Program-made: the position numbers and the translations under genes | In this document: positions 10,488-26,439 of the stretch, in pieces | Layout of the letters: each line of letters starts with the position of its first letter | How positions within the stretch are numbered: position 1 is the first letter of the stretch | DNA from: the human T2T-CHM13v2.0 reference genome, Homo sapiens | Assembly (NCBI RefSeq): GCF_009914755.1 | Contig: NC_060947.1 | Direction: 5' to 3' (one strand) | DNA: 64,000 bases | The notes under the pieces: generated by a model | Seen by the model: only the letters and a program-made list of their open reading frames with translations | The model's database searches: none | Told to the model about the DNA's origin: nothing

Positions 10488-10906
10488 TCTCTTAGTCTGT
10501 TTGGTGTTGCTAAAAAGGAATACCTGAGGCTGGGTCATTTATAAAGAAAAGTAGCTTATTTAGCTCATGTTTCTGCTGGCTAGAAAGTTCAAGATTTGGC
10601 ATCAGGTGAGAGCCTTAGGCTTCTCCCACTCATGAAGAAAGGGGAAGGGATCCAGCATGTGCAGAGATCAAATGGCAAAAGAAGAAACAAGAGAGAGGGG
10701 CTAGGCTCTGTTTAACAACCAGGTCTTCTGGGAAGGAATAGAGTGGGAACTAACTCATTGCTCCCTGCCCTCACAAACAGGGAGAGCATTAATCTATTCA
10801 TGATCTAACCCCATGACCCACATATCTCCCACTAGGCCCCACCTCCAACATTGGGGATCAAATTTCAACATGAGATTTGGAGAGGACAAACATCCAAACT
10901 ATAGCA
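10488..10906 (-). mobile_element. MST-type (MSTB-like) MaLR solo LTR
   Basis: TCTTAGTCTGTTTGG...TTTATAAAGAAAAG...AAACATCCAAACTATAGCA; imperfect 5-bp TSD CATGT/CCTGT. Confidence 0.85.
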
Positions 10907-13489
10907 CCTGTGTAGATTACTCACAGGTGCTCAACAAATTGTTGTTGTCAAATCAAATATGGAAGTAGGGATAGTAATACTGACTGAAACTTTTTAGTCT
11001 TCTTGTCTCCTGTTAATTGATTTACTCCTCTCCTTCAGAGCCTTTATATTTTTAAAGTCAAAATTGATAGTATTTAACAATGTTTTGCTGCAGCCTTTAA
11101 TTTTCCCAGGCTTTTAAGGTAATAGACTTCTGAGATGATATTATATGAATATCTTTAGATTATATATGATGAAATACAGCAAAAGTTAAACTTACACTAC
11201 TGGAAGAAACAACAACAACAGCAACAACAACACTAATGGACTACAGCATAGTTGACCTTGTACTTCAGTGACCTTTGATGACTAAACAATGTATCAGTTT
11301 GATCATTTACAAATCGTCAAGACGGTAAAAATGAAACAAATCAACCCTACCAATCTTATCTGCCATGCAAATTGTAAAACAGCAGAACACGTCCAATCTT
11401 TGTAATTATGTATCTGAATAAAAAGTGAAACTATAGTTAATGCCTAAAATGCTTTGTGTAGATTTTGGATACATCAAGAGGGATGGCAACTCCCCTGCTC
11501 ATATATAGCTAAGGACACACAGCTTCAAGGTATCCATTTAATCTTCACTTTGAAAATAGATGTTATTAATTTCAATGAGTACATATGCCCTGTAAACAAT
11601 TAGAAATATCAGTAAGACTAAGTATGATTCATTATTAAGGGAGAGTCTAGTGAGGAAAGGGAAAGTAAGACAATGTATTGCAAACTTTTTAGAATAGGTG
11701 ATCCTTAATACTCATTTCCTGTTATTTTTATAAATATCTAAGAAACATTTCAGCTGATGCAAAGAACAGTAATAAAGGTACAATGTGGCAAAGTTTAAGG
11801 ACTCAAATGTGCGCCCATCATATGAAATTCTAGAATTCTTAGTTTATAATTTAAATAGGTGCGTATGTGTGTGAATATGTGAGTGTGTCTGTGTGTGTGT
11901 AATTTGTTTTCATGCTTACAAGAAAAAGAGAGAAAGAAAAGGTAAAACAGCAAAAAGATCTTAGTCATTGTGCATTTGGTTGTAAATAATATAAATCCAC
12001 TAAAATTAGTATAAATAAAAAAGTGGAATTTGTTGTAAGAAACAGAGAATCTCAAGGAAACCGGATTGAAAGAGTAGTTTGGTCTTCATGAGAAACTGGA
12101 AACAATGGCTGGAAAGCTGTCAAGAAACTGGGCAACTTCTCTCTCTTTTACCCCTCTCTCTCCAGATTGACTTTCATGATATCAGCAAATACAAAAACCT
12201 AGACTTCTTTACAGCCTCTGAATTTCTATGTTCTCAGTTCAACTGAACAGCAGAGGCTGAGTCACAATCTCTGAATTACAAGTCCAAATTCCTAAGAGAA
12301 GGATGTGATTGGTACACTTTGAAGTAAATGTTTACCTTAACCTGATCAGCTATGGTTTAGGGGAGGGCCCAAAAGAAAAATCAGCACAGCTTAGGTCAAA
12401 TGTTACCACATGTCCAATCATCTTTGGCTCAGAGGCAGAGATGGTATCATATAAATGGTACATACACAGCACCTGAAGTTCATCCCTGTTGAAGGATTGT
12501 GGGAAATGGAGTCATGGGATTGGCAGACACCCTAAAAAAATGAATATAATGGCCAGTGACAGGGGATAGTAAAGAGGGAGGAGAGATAGAAAAGAAGGAA
12601 GAGGGAGACATTTAACCATCTTACTGTTATACAGTCATTTATTTTTGATATATTTAATACACAATCCAGGGCAATTGCTATTTCTTATTGTTTTATTATT
12701 TATTGTTACTATTCTGCTTACATTATCTGATAAACTTTTTAAAACCTCATACGCTAATAATTTATGCATAATTATAATTCACTGGCAGTTTATTTTACAC
12801 GTAATCTAATTTTCCATTCTAAATAAAACATCTAAATGAAAACTTAAATAGGTGTTTTATATACTCATTAACAGAGTATGTAAAAATCAAGATGGTGCCT
12901 AGAATCCTGTATGCAGTGCCCTACTTCGGTGAGGCAGAGTTTATCAATTAACATGCAGTTTCCTTACATTAAAAAAGAAATGTTCATATCTATTAGCTGG
13001 AATTAAAAAGGCATATTTGTAAGATAAAATAGTTTTGCATATAGTTCTGTAGCATCTATATTTTACTATGCTTGTATTTGAAAGTGCTAACTTTTCCTTC
13101 AGATTCATTAGAAGTGTATTTTAAATTAACCGAATTGTTGCATCTTTTTTTTTTTTAAACAATATCCTCTATGAGTTTTGTCACTAGGTGTTGAATTTTA
13201 CTAGCTCTGTCAGTCTTACGGAACAGTTAAACTATCTGGCCTAATGGGTTAGGTGGCTGTGACCTGTGGTTACAGAGGGGCTGTGAGGCTGGCAAAAGCT
13301 AGATTGGTAGGAGTTAATAGAACAAATAATTTTTAAAAATTAGGGAAAATAGCTTTACATTATAAAATACATTCAAATGTAAATATGTATTGAGAAGAGG
13401 GCAGATATGCAAATGAGACTTTTTGGCAGAGTGTGGGGGTGAGGATGAAGTGGTTGCACTGAGGCACTCCGCTTTATTCATCTTAACCA

Positions 13490-13690
13490 GGTTAGTGATG
13501 TGGAAAAAGTCCTGGGCTAGAAGTTAAGGGATCCGGGTTCTAGCTCATAATGCAGTGTTTACGGGCTGTGTGACTTTGGGCAACTTACTTGTATTCCTTG
13601 AGCCCCAGTTTCCTCACTGACAAAATGAGATGGTTGGACAAAAGGGTCTCTAAGGTGCCTTTCAGCAATTTGATCCTATGACCTAACATG
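13490..13690 (+). mobile_element. MIR SINE
   Basis: GCTGTGTGACTTTGGGCAACTTACTT...GAGCCCCAGTTTCCTCACTGACAAAATGAG. Confidence 0.8.
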
Positions 13691-16149
13691 ATTCATAGAA
13701 CTGTGATTCTCAATTCTGCTAATCCATGCAATTTCTTCCTGTCAAGGGTTAGTATCAACAATTGATGTGACTCATGATACCTATAAAAAGACTGTTTAGC
13801 TTGTATGTCTCCTTTCTTTTCCCTGAGGTTGCATATTATGTTCATGCTGCCCTGGTTTCGCCTTGGTGATGAGAAAGGAATTCCATTTTCAGGAAGAAGC
13901 TGAGGGAGGCTGGGTGCCTTCTGATGAATGGGAAGCCATGGAAAGGGCAGCAGCCTGGAAAACATTCAGTTCCACCATTTTCTTTTCTGGCAAGCTGCAT
14001 TATCCCAGTCCCTGGTGTTAAATCAGGGACTGGCATAATACAAGTTTGACAATTGAGCAGGAAAGAAATGCAAACTAAAGGCGACGGGGTTATCAGGCAG
14101 TTCCCTCTTCACTCCATCTCAGGCAAGCTTCAGCATCGAAGAAAAGGTTGAAAGTGTGTGGCAATTTATAACTTGGAGATAGAAGAATTCATTTTCTAAT
14201 AGGGAAGCTAAATTATATGTAAAAAAGAAACTTTTATTAAAGCAGTTCCATCAGAGTGACTCTGATTAAGAAGTAGAGCAATTTTCATCATGTAAATTAT
14301 GTTTTTAAATTAGATTTAAATAACATAGTAATACTTTTATTCATGTTATCCACCATTTAAAAGAAATAAATAATTTGGTCAACTCCCTGCATTTTCACGA
14401 AGCAAAATTCCATTACAATTCTTGAGTAATTGAAACTGTGGTGATTTGTAGAACCATCCAATTACAGGAATTCAGTGCAATTATTTTTCTAATAAAGTTA
14501 GTTTTCACTTACATGTGTCTGTCATTTCCTGTGAGTGTGCGAATGCTTTAAAAATCTTTTTCAGATGAGCCCTGGATATTATTGTACCTGTAGAGAGATA
14601 TTTATTCATACTGTCAGATAAATGTAGAGCCCATAAAGGAAGGCATGATTATAAATTTTAGTATGTCTACTTGTCTTTGTTTTTCTGCCAGCATCAATAA
14701 ACAATTGTGAATGTTTTTCAGTAACCTATTGACCATAGCACATTGAGTGGAAGTCTGGAATTTTAAAAATAATTAAATTGAAATGTTAATGCCGACATAT
14801 TCTATTTAGACAGTAATGCTGTAGTAAAGATTAGATTAAACTGGGCCAGCGCCTCTTAGCATTCTAATAATTATGTCCTTCCCTGTTTTCACAGAATGAA
14901 AGTTGAGGTAATTCAGGCCAATGTGATTGCCAGGCTTTGCCCTCTATTCACCCTTAACTGTAGTTTTAGGATTGGAGAAAAGTATAAGAGCATCAGAAAA
15001 ATTTAATATGCAATTAATTATTTAACTGATCCTTCTACAGACATTTGCTCAGTGAGCCCACATATGTCCCAGATACTGCGCTAGGCCACGGAGATACTGA
15101 GATTAATTGACCTCATGTCAACTCTCAAGGAGGTCACAAATCCGGAAGTCTCTGCACAATACAGAATAGTAAAGTTGCAGACTAGCAGTGAAGTGGGTAA
15201 AGGAGGGCAGGGGGATAGGAGAAACTTGCGACATTTCCCACCTCAGCAAAGTCAGTTTGGTGACTGGGGTCCACAATGAATAAATGTTATTTTGGAAAAA
15301 TGGCTTCTTTCTTCTAGAGTCTCTTGCTCCCTTTAACTATAAGGGGTTAATTTCTTCATCTCTCAGGAGTGAGAGGTGGACAAAAAGTAGAGCGTGACTC
15401 GGAAGGAGAAAGAGAGAGAGAAATCAACTTATTTAAGACCAAAACCATGCTTTTAAACTACGGACCCCTGTGTAGAGTTATTATAAGTCTAATATTGCTC
15501 TACTGTATATCTAAAGGTTTGGATCACTTTTAGTTTAATGACAAAGTCTATGTTTTAAAAGGTCAGCCAATGAATTAAACATGTGTGTGGTAGATTTTTG
15601 CATTGCTCTACCATTTCAAAGATACAATCCAGTGGAGAAGGCAATGTGCTTGATGTACAATGAAATCAGGTTTTGTCGACAATTTGTACAGCTTAAAAGG
15701 AGAGAAAAGTGAGCTGTTTTCTAGGTGTAAAGGTAAGCTGCAGTTACACAATTAAAAAATAGTTGTCTTCAAAGTAAAATACACACTTAACTAAGGCAAA
15801 ATTATGGCTACCAGTGCATGGGTGAAACAAACAGAAACACACTGATCTATACATTAAATGCAACTCTTTGAACTGAATCCCATTGTGCAGGTAGAGGGTT
15901 GTGTGTGAGGAAGATTGGTTTCTGTTGAGTGTGTTCTGAAGTGGACAAGGAGAGGAGTCTTGACATCAACAGGCCAAAGAAACCAGATTTATGAGAAACA
16001 CTGGGTTGTAAAGGTCTGGCCAAGAAATGATTGTCAGTGAATCATCTGCTGATGACCAAGAAAATCAGGAGAGTTCATTTGAACAATATCAGGTGGCTTG
16101 AAAATACGACATAATGTCAGAATAGCTTCAGATATTACATACTACTAAG

Positions 16150-16360
16150 GAAGGGATTTCAGTGAGGTTCCACATAGCCTGGTTAAAAAAACCCTTTTAC
16201 TTTAACATCCTTATCAATGATCAAGGGACATTCATTACATTTATAGCTGACAGTGAATTAAGTTTTATTTTTTACAAACACCACAGAGAACAAAGAATTG
16301 CCAGGTTAGAAACATGGTAGAAAGACAAAAAGCATGGCCTCACCTGGGTAGGTTTAGAAT
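16150..16360 (+). mobile_element. CR1/L3-like LINE RT remnant
   Basis: GAGGTTCCACATAGCCTGG...TTTAACATCCTTATCAATGAT...TTTATAGCTGACAGTGAATTA resembles degraded GVPQGS...FNIFIND...FADDTKL coding sequence. Confidence 0.5.
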
Positions 16361-16462
16361 AAATACCATGGATGGAAATAGAATGCTTGTAGACACTGAG
16401 TGGTAAACAATGAAATATAAGTCATATCTTCCTCTATCTGGCCCCTGCCAATTCCTTTTCTG

Positions 16463-16464
<2 letters not shown>

Positions 16465-16497
<33 letters not shown>
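16465..16497 (+). repeat. (CAG)11 trinucleotide repeat
   Basis: 11 perfect CAG units followed by TAA CAA CCA CAA CAG CAG CAA. Confidence 0.97.
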
Positions 16498-16500
<3 letters not shown>

Positions 16501-18811
16501 CAACCACAACAGCAGCAAAAACAATGCCAGCAATAAAAAAAATTTAAGGATGGTTTCCTCAAATATGCAGAAAGGCAGCATTAAAGCGTAAGAAAAATAA
16601 AGTCCAAGTAGTAAACCCACAATATAGGAGTATTTGAGAGTGTCTGTACAAAAGGCACCGCTCCCAAAACAGTGCTTGGATCAGAGGGCCGGTCTACGAT
16701 ACAAAATATGTGAAATCAGGGAGGCTTTTCCTTAGCATTTCCAAGAACTGTTTTAGAGAAGATTAACAAAGGGGATTGTCTGGATCTGCATTGCTGTTTT
16801 ACAAGAGATTAGAGAGTGAATTCAACTAGCAAGAGTGGCCCATTCTCCGAAATAGGCCTTACCAATAAAGGAATTATCAATCATTTTCACCTCATTCGTG
16901 CCAGAGTCACAGCAGTGAAAAAATGTCCCCTCATAAAATCTCAAGCCTTTCACAAACATGCTATTTTAATTACCACAATCTAAATTTTCATCCGTGTCCT
17001 CAGAGAGTTAACATTCCAATATGGGAACTTTAAGGAGGAAAACACTTCAGCTGTATTTTGAAGTCCATGGAGAGTAGTAGATAAATAGCTTACAATGGCC
17101 AATTCTTTGTGCAGGAGGGTGTGGGCAGCTTAAAAATGGAGCTCGCAGAGCAAATTGGTACTCTCTTTTGGAGGTAAAGTGCTCATATGTTTAAGGTAAT
17201 TTACCTCTTCCAAGAAGACCATTTTGCTCTCTGAAGGAATAATTTAGTTCAAAAGGGTACAAATTCAGCATCATTAAGGCTTTGAGGAGCTACATTTTCT
17301 ATTATAAGCAAATCCTGGAGAAGCTAATTTGCCTGAATTAGATGATCACTTTGAATCCAGGAGGGAGTATATTTTACTTACCTTACTCATAGTCATCAGT
17401 TTTCTTTCGATTGCCCAGGTGTGCATGAACATGTGTTATGTATTATATACAAGCTTAATAAAATAAGACCCAATCCCTTTTTCTAAGTAGCATATGTTCA
17501 GCTGTATCTTAGCACATGTCCCAGTCACTGGTAAACGTGGATATACAGAATATGATTCTTCATTAAAAGGAGTTTATGAAGTTTTAATTTTTGACAGGAA
17601 GGCGCCTAGGGTAGACAATAGAACAGAGCTGGCCTAACTCTCATGGATGTGGTAAGGACTGACTTTTAACAGCTATGAAAGTACTTTCAATATTAAGCCT
17701 TATGGAACCACTAATTACATTTATTATTTAAAAGGCATAATGGGAAGAAATAAAACCAAGAAAATTTTAGGGAAAATATCTAGAATTAGTGCCTAATAAG
17801 CAGCTTTTTTGATGGCTAAAGAGTAGGTGAAGGCTACTGGTAGAAAATCTATTACTGCAGTGACTTAAAATGGGAATACAGGAAATGTGCTGGAGCAAAG
17901 TGAAAATCATTAGGGTGCTGCAATTTAAACATTAGGCAGTGACCATCTGGCCACCCTTTTGGCCCCTTGGTTCATAACCTGTCAATAAATCTCACATTAA
18001 TCGACACTTATCGTGCTTTGCCTATAGAACGATCGAAGCAGCTGTGTTATTCTTTTCACAGCCCTTCTTACTTAAAGTGTATCACTGCACTTCACCTGCA
18101 AATGGAAGGAACACTATTTTGTTTGCTTATGACCCAAGTCACTTGTCAAACCTATTGTAGACTTCCATACATTGGAGATCTGTAAGAAAGGTGCTGTAAG
18201 GATTGAGATGCAAATCAAAGAGTAGCTTATTTCAAACCAAAGGAATTATAGTTTTATTATATATCAATGCATTATACCTAAGACATTTTCTACCCGAAGT
18301 AAAAGAATTGACCTCAAAGGATAACCACCAACAGCCAAACACCTGACTACTACCACAACAAAACCGTATCTAGCTATATTTTAATTTGGCTTCATTTACT
18401 TCATGCAATATCTTATACGCATTCAGGAAATTAGATGAAGAGAAAAATCTCTTTGATGCCTGACTTTTTAAAAATCATTTCACTCTGTGGGGTTGTATAC
18501 AACAGGCAACAATTATTTTGGTAACCTAATCACAAATGTTCATTTTTTTTTAATGTTAGTCTTTATAAGGTAACTTTAAGAATCTTTAAATACTGTCTTT
18601 AAGCACTGTTAGAAATCTACTTGCCGATCACAGAACATGTTTGTTGTCTGAAAACAGGGAATTAGCTTCGTCAAAATACATCAAACCTAATTCTGGTACT
18701 TCTTTTGTGGAGAAGTCCAAGGGTCTATGACCCAGCAATGTTGGCATAGAAAGATACTTTATTTGTGTAGCTGACTTCTTGGCAGTTCTAATAAAACCTG
18801 AGTTTAAAATG

Positions 18812-19779
<968 letters not shown>

Positions 19780-21654
19780 TACCTATTATGCAGTAATGAT
19801 TTTTTATACTTCTTATTTAAAACTGATTAAAAATGTATTCTTTACTTGCAAAGAATAAATTAGAAATACATACGATTTTGACTTAGTACTTAAGTTTCAA
19901 ATTTTGCCCTTGAACATTTATTTCAGTAAATTAACTTGAAAATAAGGTTTGATTTTCTCCAAAGTTAGTCTAACAATTGTAGTTATTTCAGTGGCCCTAT
20001 TCAGGAGCTCAGTAGCTAAGAGATTATAAATTACAAAAATACATGGGAAGGCAATAACAGGAAAAGAAATCAAGGAACAAAATACATGTTCTCAGTATTA
20101 CAGTCGATAGAAAGTTCAAAGAGCTGAGATGTGCTTAATCAACACTTGTTGAAGGAACTTGACAATTTATATTTTATTTTATAATTTATAATTGAAAATG
20201 GTATGAGAAGCAGGATGGATGGAAACATTTATTTGAAGATAATAATACCATTAAGGTAACTCCATGACATACTACATTGCCATTATTTGGACCATGCTTT
20301 ATATAGCCTCAATTCTGAAGTGCCTAGTGTTGGCCAATATTTAAGACATGAGCATTTGATTCCCTATAAAATAAAAATGGTCTAACAGACATTTTATAAA
20401 GTGTGCTCTGTTGAAATGTATCATTCTGTGCTGCCAGGAGAGCATGCACTTTGAATTGAAAGGGAGTGAGAAGAAAATAGGGAATGACTTATGCATGGTG
20501 CTTTCAAGCTCACAACAGAAATAGCTCTAGCAAATGTGGTCACTCAAGAAAGTTCAAAGGTGCTGGTGTCTGAGTTTGGGAAGGGAGGAGAAGAACTATA
20601 AAGCTAAGATGACATTTCAATTAAAACTTTTAAAATATAAAATAACTAATGTGTGAAATTCACTGTAAATGGAGGAGGAAAAGCAAAACCTGGGTGTTTA
20701 AAAACAAAAGAATAGAATAGCACTAGCACACGAGAACACAGAAAGTCACATTAAACAGGAAGATAGAAGTGTGCATTATTATCTTTTCTACAGTGGCAAG
20801 TTCAAACATCAGCTGGGAAGAGATGAGAGTGATTTGATCTCTCTCTTATCTTGGCTTTATTATATGAAACTATGTAACCTCTTTCCTGTCTTGTGTTTTT
20901 GCCTTCAGTCTGTGGCTTCATACAACGGGTTTATCTTCTAGGCCACATTTATGAAAAAGGAAAGGAACTGAAGACAAAGAAAAAAATCAAGCTTTTAAAA
21001 GGATGCCAATTTTGTCTAGAAACTGCCATTACAGAGATAACAGGATTTAAAAACTTGTCTAAATTTCTTTTAATATATTTAAAAAACACACTTTCTATAA
21101 CTGAGATGATCCCTACGAAAAGGAAAAATGACTTTCAGCACATTGCATTGTGCCATAATACACTTTCCTGGAATTTTTTTGATACTAGTCATTAAGATGC
21201 ATAAGGCCAAATCCAGGAATATGGTTTTGTCTGATAAGGTGTGTCAAAATGCACAAGCCCAGCCAATGAAAGAGAATAGCTGTCACTTGAGAGAAGCTGG
21301 GGAGAAAAGGCAAAGGCATTTTTAACAACCTCTCACAAGACACTAGAGTTTTAGAAAACCGATGAGTGAGTTAGTTCCTAGGGGCATCCTAGGTTAGAGT
21401 ACTTGTCTATCTTAAAGGGATTATTTAGTTTTATGTTAAAGAGCTTTACCTCTGAGAAGTGAGGAAGGACTTGTAGTCTCTCGTTGGTCTTTCTGTACTG
21501 CGCAACTCCGCAGAGAGTAGACACTCAGGGTCTCCTCACAGAGTAGGCAGAATTTATATTAAGGTACAGTCCACCAAAATAAATCCCAAAGGATTTTCCA
21601 CAAGTTCTGAAGTTTTGACAAACACTCAAGTGCCTCCGAAATATGATTATTGAT

Positions 21655-21860
21655 AGCTAATTTTTTTTGAGCACTTACTATGCACCAGCATTGTGTTGAC
21701 AACTTTCTACACACCATACTAGTTTGTTTAATTCTCATGATAGCCCTATAGGATATGTACTCTTTTATGCCCATTGTACAGATGAGGAAAGTCATGCAAA
21801 AAGAGTTAAATAACTTGCTCAAGGACATATTGAAAGGATGTGGTGGAGCTGTAGTCCAAC
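21655..21860 (-). mobile_element. MIR SINE
   Basis: TTGAGCACTTACTATGCACCAG...CCCATTGTACAGATGAGGAAA...TAACTTGCTCAAGG. Confidence 0.8.
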
Positions 21861-23159
21861 TGTAGTTGGTATTATTCATTAACATAATAGTCAGGAATTA
21901 GATTGTCTAGCTAGTTTATTTGAAAGGCTGTAAAAGACTAGTTCTCAGTATCGGTAAGTTGTAAGGTGAGTGAGTGAGACAGGGATTATGGAATGCTACA
22001 GAGAATGAAGAGTGTTAATGTGGAGGACTAGGGACAACCAAGGGGAATTATAAGAATACTAAGAACTGAGACACAAAAGGGAAGAAAGGGGACACTCAAA
22101 GGAGTTTTTAAAGGTATCTTCACAAATTTTTCCAAGGTCCAGTTCTAAGAATTACCATCAGTATTGAAATCCAGATATGCCTTAAAATTCAGAATAGGTA
22201 CACTCCAGCAAAGCTGGTTGCAAAAGAAAATTGCACCCCCTCTTTGGATTCTCTTATGCCAGAGGGGATAGTGGAGATGTTAAAATAATTTCAGCATGTG
22301 GCCAAAATATAGGATTGCTTCTTGTTATTGTGGCTCCCTGGCTTAGGTGTGACCATCATGCCAACAAGTAGCTGAAGCAAGATTCGGGTAAGCTGCCCCT
22401 CAAACTATAATCTTCCGTAGCTCTGGTACACCTTAACCAAGACACCAGTGAGAAGCAGGGGCCAACACCTAGCTTAATCTATTACACTGGAACTATTGTA
22501 ATGTCCTGCTGGATTTGAGCTAGAGAATTGTGATGTAATGATATTAATAAATGAGGGCTTCCCAATGCTGCTACTGTGAGGTTTTATTTAAGACATAGCA
22601 ATCAATTTTACTTTTGTATTAGTTTCCTAGGGTTAATATTAATATATATTATTGCTTCACAGGATGCAATGGTATACCACACACAGATATATATGCACAC
22701 AAACATATTTGCACATGCGTACATACATATATGTACATACATGAGAACACACACATCTCTACTTCTATTCCACAGCATTCAGAGACTCTAAAATAGTTAC
22801 AACTTATTTCCAAGCTGGTAATAAGTGGCATAATAAAGAATTTTCACTTGCTGACTTTTGACTGATATAACTCAACAATTTAAGATATTAACAGGTCATA
22901 AAATTTCTTTTTACTTTGAGGTAAAGTTTCTTCACTATGGGATGACTGATGTTTTAAACTGATTTTCATTTAAATAAGTCTCATAAGCCTGAAGCAGTTG
23001 GCAGTTTTTTAAGTAGAATCATAGATACTGAGAGTTGGAAGAAAACCTAAGGCTAGGTCAGTATAACCTCCCTTTTGATGATTCCGTTTTCTCTACAACA
23101 GCCCACCAAAAACTCTCAGACCATCTCTCTCTCTGTCCCTCCCCTCTTCTTTTCTTTCC

Positions 23160-23740
23160 TAAATTCATTTATTCAAACAATTGAATGCCTATTATGTGCC
23201 AGTTTTCTTCCTACATGATGCAGATAGAAAAAGTAATAAGATACCGTCATTAATTTTAAGAAACTCACAGTTGAGTAGAGTTGACAGATATGCAAGCAGA
23301 AAATTTTCTACAACGTGAGCAATAGAAGAAAAAAATAAGAACAGAAAAGGAACAGATAGTATAGAGGAGAGAATAATTAACTGCGTGTGGATGTAGTCGG
23401 GGTTGGGCAGGGTTTAGACATTTTCCAGAGGAAGAAATGCCAGATCTGGGTCTTGATGGGTGAGGTTTGCTAGGAGAACAAATGGATGATAAGGTAGAAA
23501 GAGAAGAAAGAATAGCCTAGTGTAAAGGTAGAGAGATTAAAGAACCTGGCATGTTAGAACAATCCCAAGTAGTTTGTCACAGTTCGTTGTAGTTGGAGAA
23601 AGGTAGGGAACAAGAGAAGCTAGATCCCAAAGGGCCTTGTCTGCCTGATCAGAAGACCAAACATCATTCTGAAGGTGGTGGGGAGTCATTAGAAGATTTT
23701 AAGTAATCTGTCACTATATATCAAAAGTGTGTTTTTGAAC
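23160..23740 (-). mobile_element. L2 fragment
   Basis: ATTCATTTATTCAAACAATTGAATGCCTATTATGTGCCAG, an antisense L2 3' end. Confidence 0.65.
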
Positions 23741-24224
23741 TTAACTTTGAAAACTTTGGATTTCTAAAGTTCTTACTTAGAGAGACCTAAAATCTTTCTC
23801 ACTACACCTTCAACCTCATAGTCTCCATTCTTTTATGGGGTTCTCACAGAATAAATATAATTGCATTCTTCTACACATGTTAAATAGAAACATTGAACAA
23901 TTGTGATTGGATTCTAATGGGTCTTCTCTGGGTTAAACATTTTTAGTTATCTTGACCATTGATTCTCACAGAATTGCTTGCCTGAAGGAAGTCAGGGGTA
24001 TTTAACCACTACCTCTTGTCTTCCATTAATTATTTGAGGGCTGTGAGGGCTTCTGAGGCATTGGCGAAAGCTCTGATGCAAAGATTAGAAAGTTTCACAG
24101 CATGCATTTGAGGTGGGTGCAGTCAACATAAGATGGGTCTGAGCTCACATGGAACTGTCCACTGCAGGCTGCAGCTGAAATCAGAGGTGGATCAAGGGGG
24201 TGTGACCTGGGGCATGAGAGGCAA

Positions 24225-24690
24225 ATGCTACAGTAAAGGTAAAGGTTAAGCTGTTGTAACAAAGAGATCCGAAAACACAGTGGCCTAAACAAGACAGAAA
24301 TGTATTTCTTAAGTAAGGTCTGGCTAGTCTAGGATGGTGGGCCTTCTCTGCTCAACAAGGTCATTCAGGGACACAGGTTTCTTCTATCTTGTTGCTCTGC
24401 CTTTTCCTGGGGCATTTCCTAGACTGTACGGTCAAAACTGAGTTGCTAGCATGTCTGTGTTCTGTCTTGCAGAAAGAGGAGAAAAGAGGGAGTCCAGTGC
24501 AAACAATTTCCTTTTAACCAAGTGAGACAGAAATTGGACACATCCTTTATGCTCTTATTCCATTGATGAGAACTTAATAGCGTGTCGACGCTGGCTGCTA
24601 GGGAAGCTTTGAAATGTTTCCAGCTGACAAGCTATGTGTGTAGTAAGAAGGGGAGAAAGAAATTTGGGGGGATTCCTAGCAACTATATAA
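24225..24690 (-). mobile_element. Old MLT1-type MaLR LTR
   Basis: AAGCTGTTGTAACAAA...CAGTGGCCTAAACAAGACAGAAATGTATTTCT...GTCATTCAGGGACACAGG. Confidence 0.65.
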
Positions 24691-24841
24691 CCTCCCTCAT
24701 ACTGAATTTTCTGTATCGTAAAACCAGTCTGTTTTATGTTTTCAAATTCAAATTCAAATCAGTCCTGAAGTTGCAACAAAACCCAACAGGTTCAAACACA
24801 GCCAAAGCCATGCCATAACCATTACTTACTGCAAGCAGCTA

Positions 24842-25195
<354 letters not shown>

Positions 25196-26159
25196 CTATT
25201 ACAATTGGTCTTATTAAGAGCTGTTGAACCATGCAGAATGGGCTGAGAAGAAAGTTCCTCTCCTCAACAGAGGACCACGCCATTTTCCATTTGGCCATTA
25301 TTCTTCATGTCTGTCGTCGGGGCTTACATTTCATTATAATTCAAAGAATAACAGGAGATTTAAGGGATTTGGGTAGGCTATTTTTTTTTTAACCACATGT
25401 GCAAAATTTCAGAGATACTACTTTCTGACAACCCAAGATGCAAGGGAAAAACAATGTGCCACTACTGTCCTTGTACATCATTGCTAATGAGGGCAGCTTC
25501 TGCCACGTCAGTGGCATGGATGCTTTACTTCGGTGGAATCTGTGTCCCAGCTGTGTCATGTGCCACGGTTATTTGTATCTCTATAACATGATGTTGTTCA
25601 CTGCATACATTGAGTTATGTAAGACATCAGGAGAGAGAGACCTTTTGTTTCTCTGCAAGAAGTATGTCTCTAAAGCCTTAATTGGCTAGTATGAAATGTT
25701 GACATTTTACCCCAACTTGACAGCCAAATCAATGTTATTGAAGGCAGCCTGTAGGCATTCGTGACAGCCTAAGGATTAATACTCTTAGCCAATTGCAAAA
25801 TGGTTGCAGCACATCAGCAGGCCAGGTGTGTTGGCTTCCTGGATTCGAATCAAAGCAATTTCAAGGTGTGCCCTAAGCTATTCATATATTGTAGACAGTA
25901 AAATTAAACTCGATCTCGACTGATCACAATGGGCTCATTTCTAAAGTAACTTTACTTATTCCTTCCTCATTTTTTATATTAGTGCATATACTGATGAAGA
26001 CATGGAAGTTTCTTCATGCTTGTCGAACCTAGACAAAATGAAGTTAAATTTCAGTAGCAGACATTTGAATCCCAGATAAATGAGTAGAATGACAAAATGA
26101 CTATGAGTAGAATATTGAATAAAATGACTGTGGCAGAGATAGTATTCAACAAACATCTA

Positions 26160-26439
26160 TGTGTTTCTTTTGACTTCCTACTTTCCTTTGTAGTGAGGTT
26201 GGAGCCATGTGGCTAGTTTTGGATAATAGGGATGGAGCTGATGTAATATGTGACATTTCTGGGTTGAGTCAGCAAAGACCTTTATGCCTCCTCTATTCCT
26301 CTTCTGCTGCATTGATATTGGAGGCCACATGTTTCATATGGCATAGCTACAGGATGGAGTAGAGTGTTTTGAACTATATCATGCTGTATATGAATAAGAA
26401 GTAAACTGGTGGCATAGCCAAGCTTATTCTGACTAATAC
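26160..26439 (+). mobile_element. Old MLT1-type LTR fragment
   Basis: GCCATGTGGCTAGTTTTGG...TGTGACATTTCTGGG, ending TTATTCTGACTAATACA. Confidence 0.6.

Noticed and set aside
16354-16620. Poly-Leu membrane-like ORF
   Set aside because: It is the antisense reading of the CAG repeat; no splice or homology support.
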